DNA from: Raillietiella orientalis
Lineage: Eukaryota
Direction of reading: 5' to 3'
DNA: 64,000 bases
NCBI GenBank assembly: GCA_036172245.1
Contig: JAYWIR010000005.1
Coordinates: 682,001-746,000 of the forward strand
Below, piece after piece: positions 1-11,607 of the stretch (positions within the stretch are counted from its first letter, which is position 1; each line of letters opens with the position of its first letter). A model generated the notes under the pieces. The model was not told the DNA's origin. It did not search any database and saw nothing but the letters and a program-made list of their open reading frames with translations. Both the position numbers and the translations under genes were made by a program.

Positions 1-1422
1 TTGGACATCACCACGCTGGTCGAGTTCATGTCCATCGGTAAGTCCGTCTATCCGTCCTGCCGCGTGGTGGGGTAGGAGGGTGTAGTAGGAGTGCGGTACT
101 CCGCACCTCTCCGAGCACACGCTCGACCCCCCGGAGGGGTCTCTTGGAGGCGGACACGCTACCGTCAGCGGCCGCTCTTGCAGGGACTCTCATGGCCTAC
201 GCCATCGTCTCCGCAGCAGTCGTCGTGCTCCGCTACCAGGACCTGCTAGGCAACGGCGGCGCGCCGGACCACTCCAGGAAGGAAGCCGAGGATTCGCCCA
301 TCGTAATGACCTTTGATCCGTCCACTGGTTCCTCCTCCTTCTCTCCTCTTCCCGTATCCCGGTCTGTCGTCCCGTTCACTTCTTCACATTCCACCCCTAC
401 CCCTGTCCTTCCTTCCTTCTTTCCTCCTCTTCTCTTCCTTTTCCTCCCTTCTTCCTCCTCCTCCAATTCCCTTCCTCCTCTTCCTCCTTCTTGCCCTTCC
501 TTTTCCCTTCTTCCATTCCTTTCTCCTTTTCCTTCCTTCCTTCCTCTTCCTCCTCTCTCCTCCTCCCCCCCTTCTTGCTCCCTCTTTCCCATCCTCTCCC
601 ACGCTGGTCCTTCTCGATTCTCACAGCGTGTCCCCTTCGATCTCCATCCACTTCGACATGCTGTCTTCGCTCTCCCCCTCTCCTTCTTTCTCCGCCCACC
701 CTTTATTCGTGTTCTCCGCCTTCCACTAGGCACCTCGCCCACTCTGCTCCTGTTCCTCCTCCTCTGTCCTCCCCTTGCCCCAGAGGCCCGACGCGAGTCC
801 CTTCCCCCGCCTCAACGCCTTCTCTTTGGCAGCTTCCGGTGGAGACGGGAACTCTCCGGGTGAGTTGGGGGGTGTTGCGACCCCTGGTGCGGTTCCCCCC
901 GGGTCGCGTGGTCCTCGTCTGCATCTCCGTCTTCGCCGTCGGCGGCGTCTTGCTCGCCGTGGCCGTCAAGCACTTCTCCGCGACGCTGTGGGGCGTCGCG
1001 GCCGTCGTCCTCCTCTCCGCCCTGCTGTTCTCCTGTGCGTGCGCCTCTGCCGCCGTGCTCCCACCCGCTCCCTGCTGCGCTTCCAGGCGGCCTTCTCATC
1101 GGCCTCCACCGCCAGAGTCGGAAGGGCCCGTCGCTCGGTTTTCGAGTGCCCTTCGTCCCGCTGCTGCCCCTGGCGAGTGTCCTCGTCAACGTAACGCTCA
1201 TGGTCTTCCTGAACATCCTGACCTGGGTCAGGTTCGCCATCTGGATCGTCATCGGTAAGGAGACCCTTCCGCCTCCTCATTGACCCCCTCACAGGGATGG
1301 TCATCTACATGACCTACGGGATCCGCCACAGCAGGGCCGACGCCGACGCCCAGGAGGGCCAGGACGCTAGCGGCGCCCAGGATGCCCCCGGCAAGGAAGC
1401 GCCCGCACGCCTCCAGGAATAA
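1..1422 (+). CDS. SLC7A4: Cationic amino acid transporter (SLC7A/CAT family, SLC7A4-like), 3' part only
   Basis: Exons 1-37, 184-302, 833-1034, 1087-1254 and 1295-1422 join at phase-consistent GT-AG sites. Protein includes LDITTLVEFMSIGTLMAYAIVSAAVVVLRYQ and the CAT C-terminal motif [51 protein letters not shown]. Stop TAA 1420-1422 overlaps an AATAAA. The 302/833 junction and the SLC7A4 subfamily call are less certain than the family call. Confidence 0.88.
320..780. repeat. Pyrimidine-rich (CT/CCTT) low-complexity tract in a transporter intron
   Basis: Long, nearly pure C/T stretch; it generates the S/P/F/L-rich and R/G/E-rich ORFs in the track. Confidence 0.85.
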
Positions 1423-3844
1423 AAGGGGGTCATCCGACGCCAGCCTTTTTGTCTTCCCATCCCCCTTCCGACCCCGTCCGAGGGGTGCGGCCCACTGAGG
1501 AGCACGTGGGGACGCTCTTCCCCTCCCTTGCGCCAGGAGGTTACCGGCGCGGGAGACCCCTCCTCCCTGTTGCATTGCGCGCCCCCACTCCGTCCCACGG
1601 CTCCGCCTCTACTCCATGGCCACACCGGCGGGTCATCCCCTCGCCATGGACCGCAAGACCTTCCACCGTCGAGGAGGTCACGTGGCACGCCTTGTTCCCT
1701 CCTCATTCTTCGAGCCGACGCTTGGCTGGGCTCGGCTCACTGGAGGCACATCCCTTCCTGGACGTGCCTCCAGTGAGGCCTGTGGCCTGAAACCCCAGAC
1801 AAGACGCCCCCGCGGCGTGGGTAGGGGGAAACGAGGGTGAGGAGAGAGCTCGAGGTCACGAGGAAGAGGAGGGACAGATGCCTCGGGGTGGACATCGGTC
1901 CGAGAGGGGGTGGTGGTCGCTCTCTCCCCCCTCGACCTTTTTCCTCGACGCCCCCTCGCAGTCCTAGAGTTTTTCTCCCAGGGACGTCGGCATCGGCATG
2001 ACAGAGCACGCCATCCCTCCCTCCTGCACTCTCGAGACCCCAGAAGCCGCAGGAAGGACCATGGGAACGCTCTCCTCTCGGCCCTCGTCTCCCGGTCCTT
2101 CCCGCAGCAGAGTCCTTGCCGGCCGTCACCCGTCCCGCTCTCGTCGGAGGGCGCTGCGTCCCGAGGAACATTTGCCGGGAAGACGGGGAGTCGGGTCACC
2201 TCCCTCTGCTGACTCTTTCGCCCTCGCCCTCCGAGGAATTCCGGTAGACGTTTCGCGCCTCGGTCGTCGGTCACCCGCCGCCGCTTCCTCGGGCGGGCCG
2301 TTATGATCACCCCCTTTGGCGCAAGGGGGAGGGAAGCCGAGGCCGCCCTTCACCCAGGGCCCTCGTCTCCGTGGAAACATCCGTAGGCAGCGTTCCTTTC
2401 CTCCACCGCCATTGCCGCGGCAATCCTCCTCCCTGCCCTGCGCCGCGCCGCGAGCAGCACCGCCGGGTCTCGTCCCGCCGTGAGGGCGAGGCCCGGCTGC
2501 TCCGTCGAAACCAGACGCTCCCCTCCGGCCAAGTGGGCGACGGCGGCCCCGTCTCGGGTTTCACGGGGGCGATCGAGTAACGCCCTTTGATTCCATGCAT
2601 CGCTCCGGTGGCGGGGGCCGGCCGTTCTCCCCTCCCCCCGCCTTCCCTTCGTGGTGCTTTCTCGCGGGGCAGCGACGGGCGGCTCGCCCCTCCGGCGGCG
2701 CCGGGTGACGCCACCGGAGCAGATGGGTGCGTCCGCCAGGTGGCGGTGGGACGGGGGAGGGAGGAGGGGAAAGAGGGAGAGGGCCAGCGCCTGCTCTTCG
2801 TCTCCCCTGGCCAAGACCTCCTCCGCAGGGAGCGACCGTGGCCGTGGGGCGCGCGAGAGAGACTTCGAAACCTCAGCGAGGTCTGCGGGCCCCACGGCTT
2901 CCTGAAAGGGCGGTGCCCTGTTCCTTAGGGCAGAGCGGACCAGGGATGCTGCTGCTGCTGCCCATCGGACGGCGATGGCGGGCCGCCCGGGAAAAGAGGC
3001 AGGGAGAAACCGTGGGGATCCTCCTGCCCTCTTCCGCCCGTCCGATCACATCAGCCACAGGAACTCGCCTTGATGGTTGTCCACCCGTCCCCTCACATCC
3101 GGCAACCCAGAAGGACGCGCGCGCTCGAGGCTCTCCGGAGCCTCTGTGGTGGAGCCACCGCCGAATGTGGACCTTGGTCCGAAGGCGGTCGAGGGCATAG
3201 GGAGGAGTGTTCTTCGGTATGGGAATCTGGGGGGGATCGAAGATCGGGAACTCTTCCTACGGAGCGCTCCTGGATCCTCTGCGACGTAGGTGGCAGGGAA
3301 GCAGAGTTTCTTCTTGCGTTCTTCGACATCGACGACACGAGGACAGCCTGCACGCTGCCCTCCCACACGTCCCCTTCCGCCGGCAATCACGCGGGGGAGT
3401 CGCATCGCGCTGGACGCAGCTGCGCTCCGGCGTTCCCTTGCGGTGAACGGAGAGGGGAGGGAAATTCCCCAGAAGCGATGCACCGCCCGTGCAGGGGCTG
3501 GGAACCTCGCGACAGCAGGCGGGGCAGGCCGAGAAGCGGGAGCAACGAGGACCAACGGCAGAAATGTTCGGCAATGGTGATTTTGGGGGGGGAGGGGGGA
3601 AGGGGGTTCCGGCAAGCTATTGGAAGGGAGATGAAAAACTTCACGTCCTGACGCTCCAGAATCGGAACGGAGGGTGGAAAAGCGGGGGAGAGAAAGGAGG
3701 TGAGGTGTCCAGACGAGATTGGTAAACGCGGAAGGAGATCGGACCGGGGGAGTTTTGGAACTCATGTCCTCGCTTCCTGTCTTTCAGAGAGGCGGGTCAT
3801 GAGAAAAGCGGAAGCTGGCCACCAACAATGCTCAACGCGCCTTT

Positions 3845-3986
3845 GTGCGGCTGTTTCTTCGGCTGCCGCCATGCCGACGAGCTGCCGTGTCGCCGACAAC
3901 AATGCTTAATGCTTACGCGTCTCCGTGAGGCTGTTTCTTCGGCGGTCGCCATGCCAACGTGTCGCCATGTTGCCTACAACAATACT
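3845..3986. repeat. Diverged tandem dimer, 80-bp period
   Basis: gtgcggctgtttcttcggctgccgccatgccgacg...gacaacaatgct at 3845 matches gtgaggctgtttcttcggcggtcgccatgccaacg...tacaacaatact at 3925. Confidence 0.75.
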
Positions 3987-5564
3987 GACGCGTAGCTGCA
4001 CGCTGGGAGCCAGGCACACCGCTTGCGTTACGTGCCGTCTGACGATCCATCCTCTCCCCGTTACCTTCTGGAATTCTCTGCAGTTAAATTCCGTTTTCAT
4101 GTTCGAGTGCTGCTCCCGCGTGAATGCCGTGCGAGTGGGAAAACGGGCACAGATACATCAGTCAAGTTAAAACAGTCGTTTTAGTGGAGAGCGAAACAAA
4201 GTGAGATAAGATTCATGCGCCTTGGAAAATGATCAGTTTGTTAAGCAAAGTGACAAATATACATGTAATGAGTTATTTGGGTGACTTTCCTCACTTAGAA
4301 TTGACAGCTACGAGCGCACGAACATTCCGAGTCGAAGTTTGTGGGGCAATCCCTAAGCCAGCCAGGAACTTTTAGCTTATAATAAAGTTATTCGACGTTC
4401 AAGAACAATTTCCTAAACGATTTTTTTTTTGTGTGTGTGTTCCTTTTTCGACGACTGGTACTTCCGAGTGTTTAGAAAGTGCCTGTGATTAATCAGTTCC
4501 TTTTAATGCGATTTCTTCAACATGTTGGTCCATTCTTCTGTTAACTCTCACATTTTCCCATGCATTTGTTCAGAAATGCTGATAATCTGAAATGAACTAA
4601 CAATCACTAGCTACACTTCGTGACTTTGAGAGAATGAAGACAAAAATGGAATAATACACGATTCTTCTCTGAAATTACCATGCAGCAGTTCCGTTTGCCA
4701 TGATTACCAGCCAGGGATGTATACACTTATACTGAGCCACACGTTATCATGTGTCAGATTTGATTCGTTGTCTCCAATTAAATGCTCACGAAGAAGCTAA
4801 AAAAAAAAAAAAAGGAAAAAAAAAAGGCCCTTTCTAGCTGTGATTAGCTTAAAACAGATCCATATCAGCAAGCAAATCAGATTGAAAGGAAAGATGAATA
4901 TCTTTTGTATCTTTTGATTGGGGCATTCGAATACAATAGTGAAAAAGATACTCCCAATTAAAAACATGCAAACTCCAGGCTTCGACATGAGAGTCCAGGG
5001 AAGCACCCGATACTAATTCCAGACGCCAATGAAGAGTAAACTAAAGTATGTAGTGTTCCAAGAAGGGAAAATCTCGTGGCACGATCTAGGCAAGAGTTGG
5101 ACACCTGTGTTAAATTTCGCTGCGCAAACCGCCTGCTCAGCAAAGAATATTTAAATCCCCGTCGTCGCCCGAGAAGCACTGGTATTTGGAAGAAATCCAT
5201 ATTCGTGGTGGGAATACGTTGCCCGTTCTGCCTGCGTGGATCGCATAAACAGTTTGTGTCCACCGTGGTCGTACTGGTGTTCCGGCCGAAGTGCTTCCAC
5301 TGGTCGTACGAAACTCTTCCCCCCCCCCCCGTGTGTCTTACGTCACAGCCTGCGCTCTTCCCTCACCAATCCCTCCGGTTCGCAGTCCCATTGTTGGAAA
5401 ACCCCTCTGTTGTAAAAATAGATTTCCGGAAGAACAGACCGGCTTGTTCTTCGCGACCGCATTCCGTTGGGCGTAATGGAGATGAAGGAAACGGTGCTGG
5501 TTGTATCCAAGGGAAAAAGTTTTTTTTTTCTTTGGTTTAGAGATGATGCAAAGAAGAAAAGAAA

Positions 5565-5640
5565 AACACACACACACGCACAGAGAGAGAGAGAGGGAGG
5601 GAGAGACAGACAGACATCTGTTTCTCTCTCTTTTTTTTCT
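5565..5640. repeat. Compound (CA)n/(GA)n/(CT)n microsatellite
   Basis: Dinucleotide runs visible directly in the sequence. Confidence 0.75.
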
Positions 5641-6247
5641 TGGTTCGCTCTGGCATTCCTGTCAGTTAGACTACAGTTAGCCTGCATAACAATGCTTTCG
5701 CGCGAACCCGTGCATTTCAAAGTTCTCCACGACGGATGTCGCACGTGTGGTGGGGTTCCCTTTCCGAGCAGGGAGCTTTCCGGGGAGATTCTGTGCTACA
5801 GAGACGAACACTTTGCTCGGCTGTAACCGAAGACCCTTGCATCCCGCCATCCATCACGGCGCGGAGGCGAGCAGGAGACGGGCATCTTCTGGAGGATCTC
5901 CCGCGACGCCCGGAAGGATCGCTTCTACTCCACACCGCGGACGGGGCAGCACCGGGATGAGAAACGTCCGTGGGATCCCGCGAGGGGGAAAGCTGGATTT
6001 TCGGGGGTCGTGACAGCGCGGAACCCCTGTGTCCCCCTTACCGCCGAATACAGTGAGCAGCCCAGTCCTGTGGGGGGAAGGAGGAGGGGGGGTCCCGAGG
6101 AGGGAGGAAGCCCTCTCCTCTCCTCCTGTGCAGCTCGTCCGGGGAGCCTTGCTCTCGCTCGCTCGCTGTCGTCAGCACGTGCGCACCGGTTCGCCTGCTC
6201 GCTCATTCCTTCCTACTCGCGTGCTCTTGGGCCGCGCGCGCGCTCGG

Positions 6248-6600
6248 TGATTTACGAGCGACGGTGGTGTGGGTTACCCGATCCTCTCCCTCTCTGGTGA
6301 GCGATGCAACCTCGCCTAATTGCTCAAATATTTTGCTTCCTCGTCCGCTCCCCCCCCTCCTCTTTCTCCTCCTCCGCACGCCCTCCCTCGTTCCCTTCCC
6401 TTCCCATTTCTCCTTCCCCTTCCTCCTCCTCCCATCCCGGCAGCACCAGCGGCGGCGACGACGACGACGACTACGACGACGAAGACGACAGCTGATTTAT
6501 GGCGGCAGGGAAACGACGCCCGCCGCCCCCTCTCCCCTTCGCTCTCCTCCGCGTGCTCTGGGTCCCGCCTTGTGAGCTCATTGCGCGCGCAGCCAATCAG
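6248..6600 (+). promoter_or_regulatory. Candidate FoxL2 promoter/proximal regulatory region
   Basis: TGATTTACGA (6248-6257), TGATTTATGG (6493-6502) and AGCCAATCAG (CCAAT 6593-6597) in CpG-rich DNA, 0.4-0.8 kb upstream of the candidate first coding exon at 7019. Confidence 0.45.
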
Positions 6601-7018
6601 GGCTCTCTGGGCCCTCTCGGTACCTCCGGTCTGCCTATGTCGGACCCCCCAACGCCCGGCGTGCGGCAGGCGACGGCGGGTGCGCGCTGACGGGAGGGGC
6701 AGGCAGGTCCGCCCCAGCTCTTCTCTCCCTCCCTTTCTCCGGCGCGCGCGAGCGCGCGCGCGGTCCCTCCTCCTCCTCGCACCCTTTTCCCTCTTCGTCT
6801 CCCAGGAGACGGGTTCTCGCCGTCGGCTCACCCGGAGGATCGGTCGTAGCCTCCCTGCCTCCTCCTTCCTCCTCCCCTTTTCCCCTCCTCCCCCGTCCTG
6901 GTGTCCTTTCCCCTCCCTTCCGTCCCGGCCTCCCCCGCTCCTTCTTCTCCCCTGCTTCCCGCGCGCGCGCGCCCCTTCTCAGGAGAGGTCGTTTGGTCGG
7001 GCGCGCCCGCGGCACCCC

Positions 7019-10000
7019 ATGCAGGTACCCGACCATGACGTCGCGAAGGCGAAGGTCGACGTCCCGGCTACTGCCGGACAGCGCCAGGAGACCGGTGAGT
7101 GGGTGTGGCTGTGTTTTCCCGAGCCCTCTTCCCGGGGGTTCTCCAGTCTCTGCCTCTCCCTGTCCCCTTTACGCCCTGCGGGGACTGCAGCGGACAATGA
7201 GTGAAGGGCACTCGAGCTCGGTTCTCCGGGAGGGGGTCGGGAGGAGGGGGGTAAGAACGGACGAAGGGGAGGGGGAACGAGAGACCGCGGGAGGAAGGGT
7301 TCCTTCTCCCCAGAAGTCCCTCGTCCTCCAAGAAGTTTCCAGTGAACGTCGCGCGCGTGGGGAGCATCCCTTCCCGTACCCTGGCCAAAAGGCGGTAGCC
7401 AGTCCGGGCGGATCGCCATGAAGACGACGGCGTCTTCCCCGGAATACAGCGAACGGATCGGCGACCCCCAGTGGCGCCTCCACAAAAATCTGACCTACGA
7501 GAGGGGGGAGCGGAAGGGTTTGAGAAGTCTTCCTGAATCCACCCCCTCCTCTGATCGATGGCGCTGCCGAAGAGGTAGCGGAACCGTTCCAAGATCTGCC
7601 CTCCCCTCTGCCTCGGAAGGCATGGAGGCGTGACCTTGCCCCTCTCTCCCGGCCTGCGCCATCGATCCCTCCTCCCTCCCCCGGGGCTTCCCTGGAGGCG
7701 CTTTTATTTCTCTCTCTCGCAGTTCGGGAAAAAAAAAACGCCTCTAGAAGTGTCCTTGGGATCCCGCAGAGCGTCCCGGAAGCGGCACGCGCTTTGCGGC
7801 CCACAGGCACCACCCTGAGACCTATCCAGGAGGGTCACCGGTGCCTTCTCTCATCCGCCGCTCCCGGAAGCAGTAGAGGAAGGGGAGAGGTGCGCCCCTC
7901 TCGCACCACTCTGAGGGGGCGACCCGAGACTTCTCCCCTTTCCCCCCTCGTGCCCCTTTCCGCGCGGGCTCAGAGCGGGAGCTCGGCGGAGCCCGCGGTC
8001 CAGACTCCCCCCCTCTGCTCGGTATCTCCCGGGTCTTCCGGCCAAACTCGCGAGTGTCGCTTGGCTGTGCGTAGGTGCGCGGGGTGGGAAGAAAGGAAGG
8101 GATACCCTCCTTTGACGCCGCGAAGGAGGAGGCGGCCGTACTTCTTGCGCCATAGCCATGCCACAAACCGCACGCCGGAGCAGTCCAAGAGGAGGAGAGG
8201 GAGGAAGCATCTTCGGGGGGCGAGTCGCGCAGTATCCGAGAAAACGGTCGCCCGCGAACCTCCAGAGGACGCCGCCGGTGGGGCCCAACGGCGAAGACCG
8301 TTTCCTCGGCGCCGCCCTTTCTCAACGCGCGCTCGTGGCGTCGACCCAAAGGCGCTCCCGCGCACTTCAACCGGTGGGCGAGCTGTTCCTCCGCCCTCTC
8401 CGGGGAAGAAAAGGAAGGGAGTAAGGAGGATGGCGACCCTGCGAGCTCGGTCAGGAGAGGTTTCCAAGGATACGTTCTGGATATCCGCGGGCGCTCCATC
8501 CGCGGGTTGCCGGAGCTGCTCAGGCAACGACCAGAGCAGAGGGCTGGCGTCCCCTTTCGGTGCGGAGATCACATCGCCGTCTCATCGGGCAACGGGACGG
8601 AACCGGAACTGAGGAAGGCTGCTGCCGCTTTCCCAACCACTCCCTGCGCACAGCTCCGGTGGAGCAGCCCGGTCCCGCCCCAAGTCGCAGGGCGACTCTC
8701 ACGCCCCCTCTTTCCTCCCGGACTCTTCCGCCGCGGCACCACTCCCGAGCGTGCCAAATGTGTCCTCGGGCTGCTGCAAGCAAGAAGGCGACTCGTCAGC
8801 TTCTTTGGGGCGTTTCTTCCTCAAGGGCATCTTCCGGAGGGAGGGGACAGCATCGGGGCTTCTCTGGGGCCCCTGATACGCAGCAATGCGTATACTTCTC
8901 TGAATCTTCCTTTTGCCGGCGAAGTGCGCTCTGGCGGGAGCTCGCCGAATCCCCTGCACACGCGGTCACGGGTGCTCCAGGTCGCCCCTCGGGCTCGGCT
9001 GGTCACGGCCATCGCCACCGTCTCCACGGGTGCTCCAGACCTCTGTCTCTCCTCGTGGAGCTCCCTCGGAGGAGAAGGGGTCGAAGGCCCCCCATGTATG
9101 GACCCGCGTTGCGCTTCCAGCGTGGCGGCTCCCTTCGTTCCCCTGCCGGTCCCTCGCTCAGGTCTCCTCGAGACTTATCGCAGGTCGCAGCGCACCCCCA
9201 CGCGCCCCGCAAGTTTCAAACCGGAAGATCCTCCGGTCTCCGAGGATCACCGAGGTTTCCCACCCCCTCACGTGGACGGACTCTCCCGCCCTCGGCGATC
9301 CCGGAGATGAGAAGCCCTGACCCAGCTTTTCCCTCCGGGACGGAAGCAGCAGCGCCTGCGGTGCAGTCACGCCCTTCGGTCGTCTCCCGGGAGACCGCTC
9401 GCGTGGCTCGTCCCAGTGGGATGATCGCTGCTGCGCGTTCGCGTCGGCCTCGTCCCTGTCCGCTGACGAGTCCACGGAGGTGAAGCGCCTCTCTCTCTTT
9501 TCCCCTTCTTTTCCGCGAAACCGGCTCGCGTTTCCATGTCAACCGACCGCCTCTGGGGCGCCCCCTCTCGCTCCGTAGCCGGTGTCCTCAAGGATTCCGG
9601 GGATGTAGGGACGCTCTGCAGTGCCGCAGCCCGACCATCGCCATCGAGGGCGACCATCCTTCGCCGCACTCCGTTCGCGTGTGACGCTGCCCGCCGGTCC
9701 TTCCGCCCGCGGGCGGGAGCCGCCTTCACTGGCCCGCTCGCGCCGGGCAGAGTGGAGCGCCCGAGGCGCAGGGGGCGTGGTCGTGGAGGAGAGGTGATGG
9801 AGGGGGGAGCGAAAGGCGCGTTCCGCCGCTCCTTAGCGTTGGCACTGCGACACTCCCCAAACGCCCTCCAGGGGAAACCTGCAGGAACCCCGAAAGGGGG
9901 AGTGGGAAGATCCATCCGGAGTGCGGACGCTCGTTCCGTCCTCGGAGGAGATCCAGGGTGAGTTCTCCTGCGTAGGCTGAGCAGAGGAAGTGACCTGACC

Positions 10001-11607
10001 ACTACCTTGAAGCGGTGAAAAAATGAAGCGGAGGCAAAAAGGCGGAAGAATGCGGTGAGGGAGGGGAGGGAGTTGGAAGTTTCCTCCCCTTGGAGAGAAC
10101 GTGATCAGTGATCTCCCGGGCTGGTGAGGGAAGGAAAAGAAGGGAGGGTCATCAGGAACGGCTGCGCCTGCCTGCGAGCAGGAAGGCAAGGCGAGAGAGG
10201 GGACGTCCGCCCCACCCCACCCATCTTCACCTTACTTTCCGCGAGCATGGGAGCGCTGGATGGCTTTGCAGGGGATCCTGAAGCCTCCGCCGACCCCAGC
10301 GTCAAGCCTCCCTACTCCTACGTGGCCCTCATCTGCATGGCCATCGAGTCGAGCGCCGACCGCAAGCTCACCCTGTCCGACATCTACGCCTACATCCGGG
10401 ACCGCTTCCCCTACTACGAACGCACGAAGAAGGGCTGGCAGAACTCCATCCGCCACAACCTCAGCCTCAACGAGTGCTTCGTGAAGGTGCCGCGGAGCGG
10501 CGCTGGCGACCGGAAGGGCAACTACTGGACCCTGGACCCCCAGTTCAAGGACATGTTCGAGAACGGCAACTACAAGAGGAGGAGGCGCATGAAGCGCCAC
10601 CACCACCACCGCCACCACCACCCGCACCACCACCACCACTACCACCACCACCATCATCACCGCGCCCACCCGGGCCTCTCCAAGCCGCCGCCGTACGTCG
10701 GCAACCCCGCAGCGGCGGCTGCAGCGGCGGCGGCGGCGGCAGCAGCGGCGGCTGCGGCGGCCTTCCTGCCGAGGACCCTCTTCCCGCCGCCGCCGCCGCC
10801 CCCTCCCGCGCCGCCACCCCCGCACCACCACCACCACCACCACCACCACTACGACAGGCTGCCCTTTGTCGCGCCTCCGGGCGCTCCGCCTGCCTCTTCC
10901 TCGCTTCCCCTTATCCCCCCCTCTTCCCCGTCCCCGTCCCCGTCCTCCTCGCCCTCGTGCTCGGCCGCCGCCGCCGCCACAGCAGCAGCGGCGGCGGCGG
11001 CCGCCTCCGCCGCGTCCTGGGGAGGAATGGGCACGGCGGCGGTGGCCTACGGAACGACGAGCGCTTCGTCCCAGTACTGCGGCTCCATCTCCTACCCCCA
11101 GTTCCCGTCTCAGGTACGAGGAAAGAGGGAACGAGGGAGCGGCCTTCCCTCGACCCTGCGTCCGCCCCAGACCCTCTCCACTCTCTCTTTCCAGCTGCAG
11201 ACCGTGTCTCTGCCCGGAGTCTCCGGCTACAGCCAGATCCCCGCCGCAGGTCTCGGCTCGCGTGAGTACTACGGCCCCGAGAGCAGCACGCCGCTTCCTT
11301 CCGACCCTACGGCTCGTCCCCGGGAAACGCGATCGCGACCTGCGATCCGGTCCGGGCAGCCTCCGGGGGGCGCCGCCGACCGTCGAACTCACCCGACGCG
11401 GAAGGCGGCCGCCCTCCTCCCTACCCTCCGCGTGCTGACCAGTGCACTCGCGTGGTGACCTCCCTCCCGAGTTCCCTTTCCCTTTCAGTCGGCCACGCCC
11501 CCATCTCGACGCCCGGATCCAACTTCGTGCCCAACTTCAGCGCCTACAGGCAGCCGGAATGCAGGCTAGGTCCATCCGGAAGGTACCACCCTTACTACTC
11601 CCAGTAG
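7019..11607 (+). CDS. FOXL2: Forkhead box L2 transcription factor, spliced model of about 367 aa
   Basis: Forkhead domain [14 protein letters not shown]...[57 protein letters not shown] has FoxL2-type features (KKGWQNSIR, [13 protein letters not shown], DMFExGNY.RRRRMKR). Exons 7019-7094 (tentative), 10272-11113, 11195-11261 and 11489-11607 total 1104 nt in frame. An alternative in-frame ATG lies at 10247. Confidence 0.9.
10598..11015 (+). repeat. Coding trinucleotide tracts (poly-His, 18x poly-Ala, poly-Pro, second Ala tract) in FoxL2
   Basis: CAC runs from 10598; GCN x18 at 10709-10762; CCG runs; second Ala run at about 10964-11013. Confidence 0.9.

Noticed and set aside
784..859. Alternative transporter exon using the AG at 782-783 and GTGAGT at 860
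   Set aside because: It would skip the transmembrane segment starting at 833 that fits the CAT family.
7794..9483. Overlapping 200-300-aa ORFs in the FoxL2 intron, and similar ones at 11.5-18 kb, 36-44 kb and 59-62 kb
   Set aside because: R/G/P/S-rich, open in several frames at once and without motifs; expected from stop-codon scarcity at high GC.
10232..11392. 386-aa antisense ORF over FoxL2
   Set aside because: Shadow of GC-rich codons and triplet repeats; no recognisable domain.
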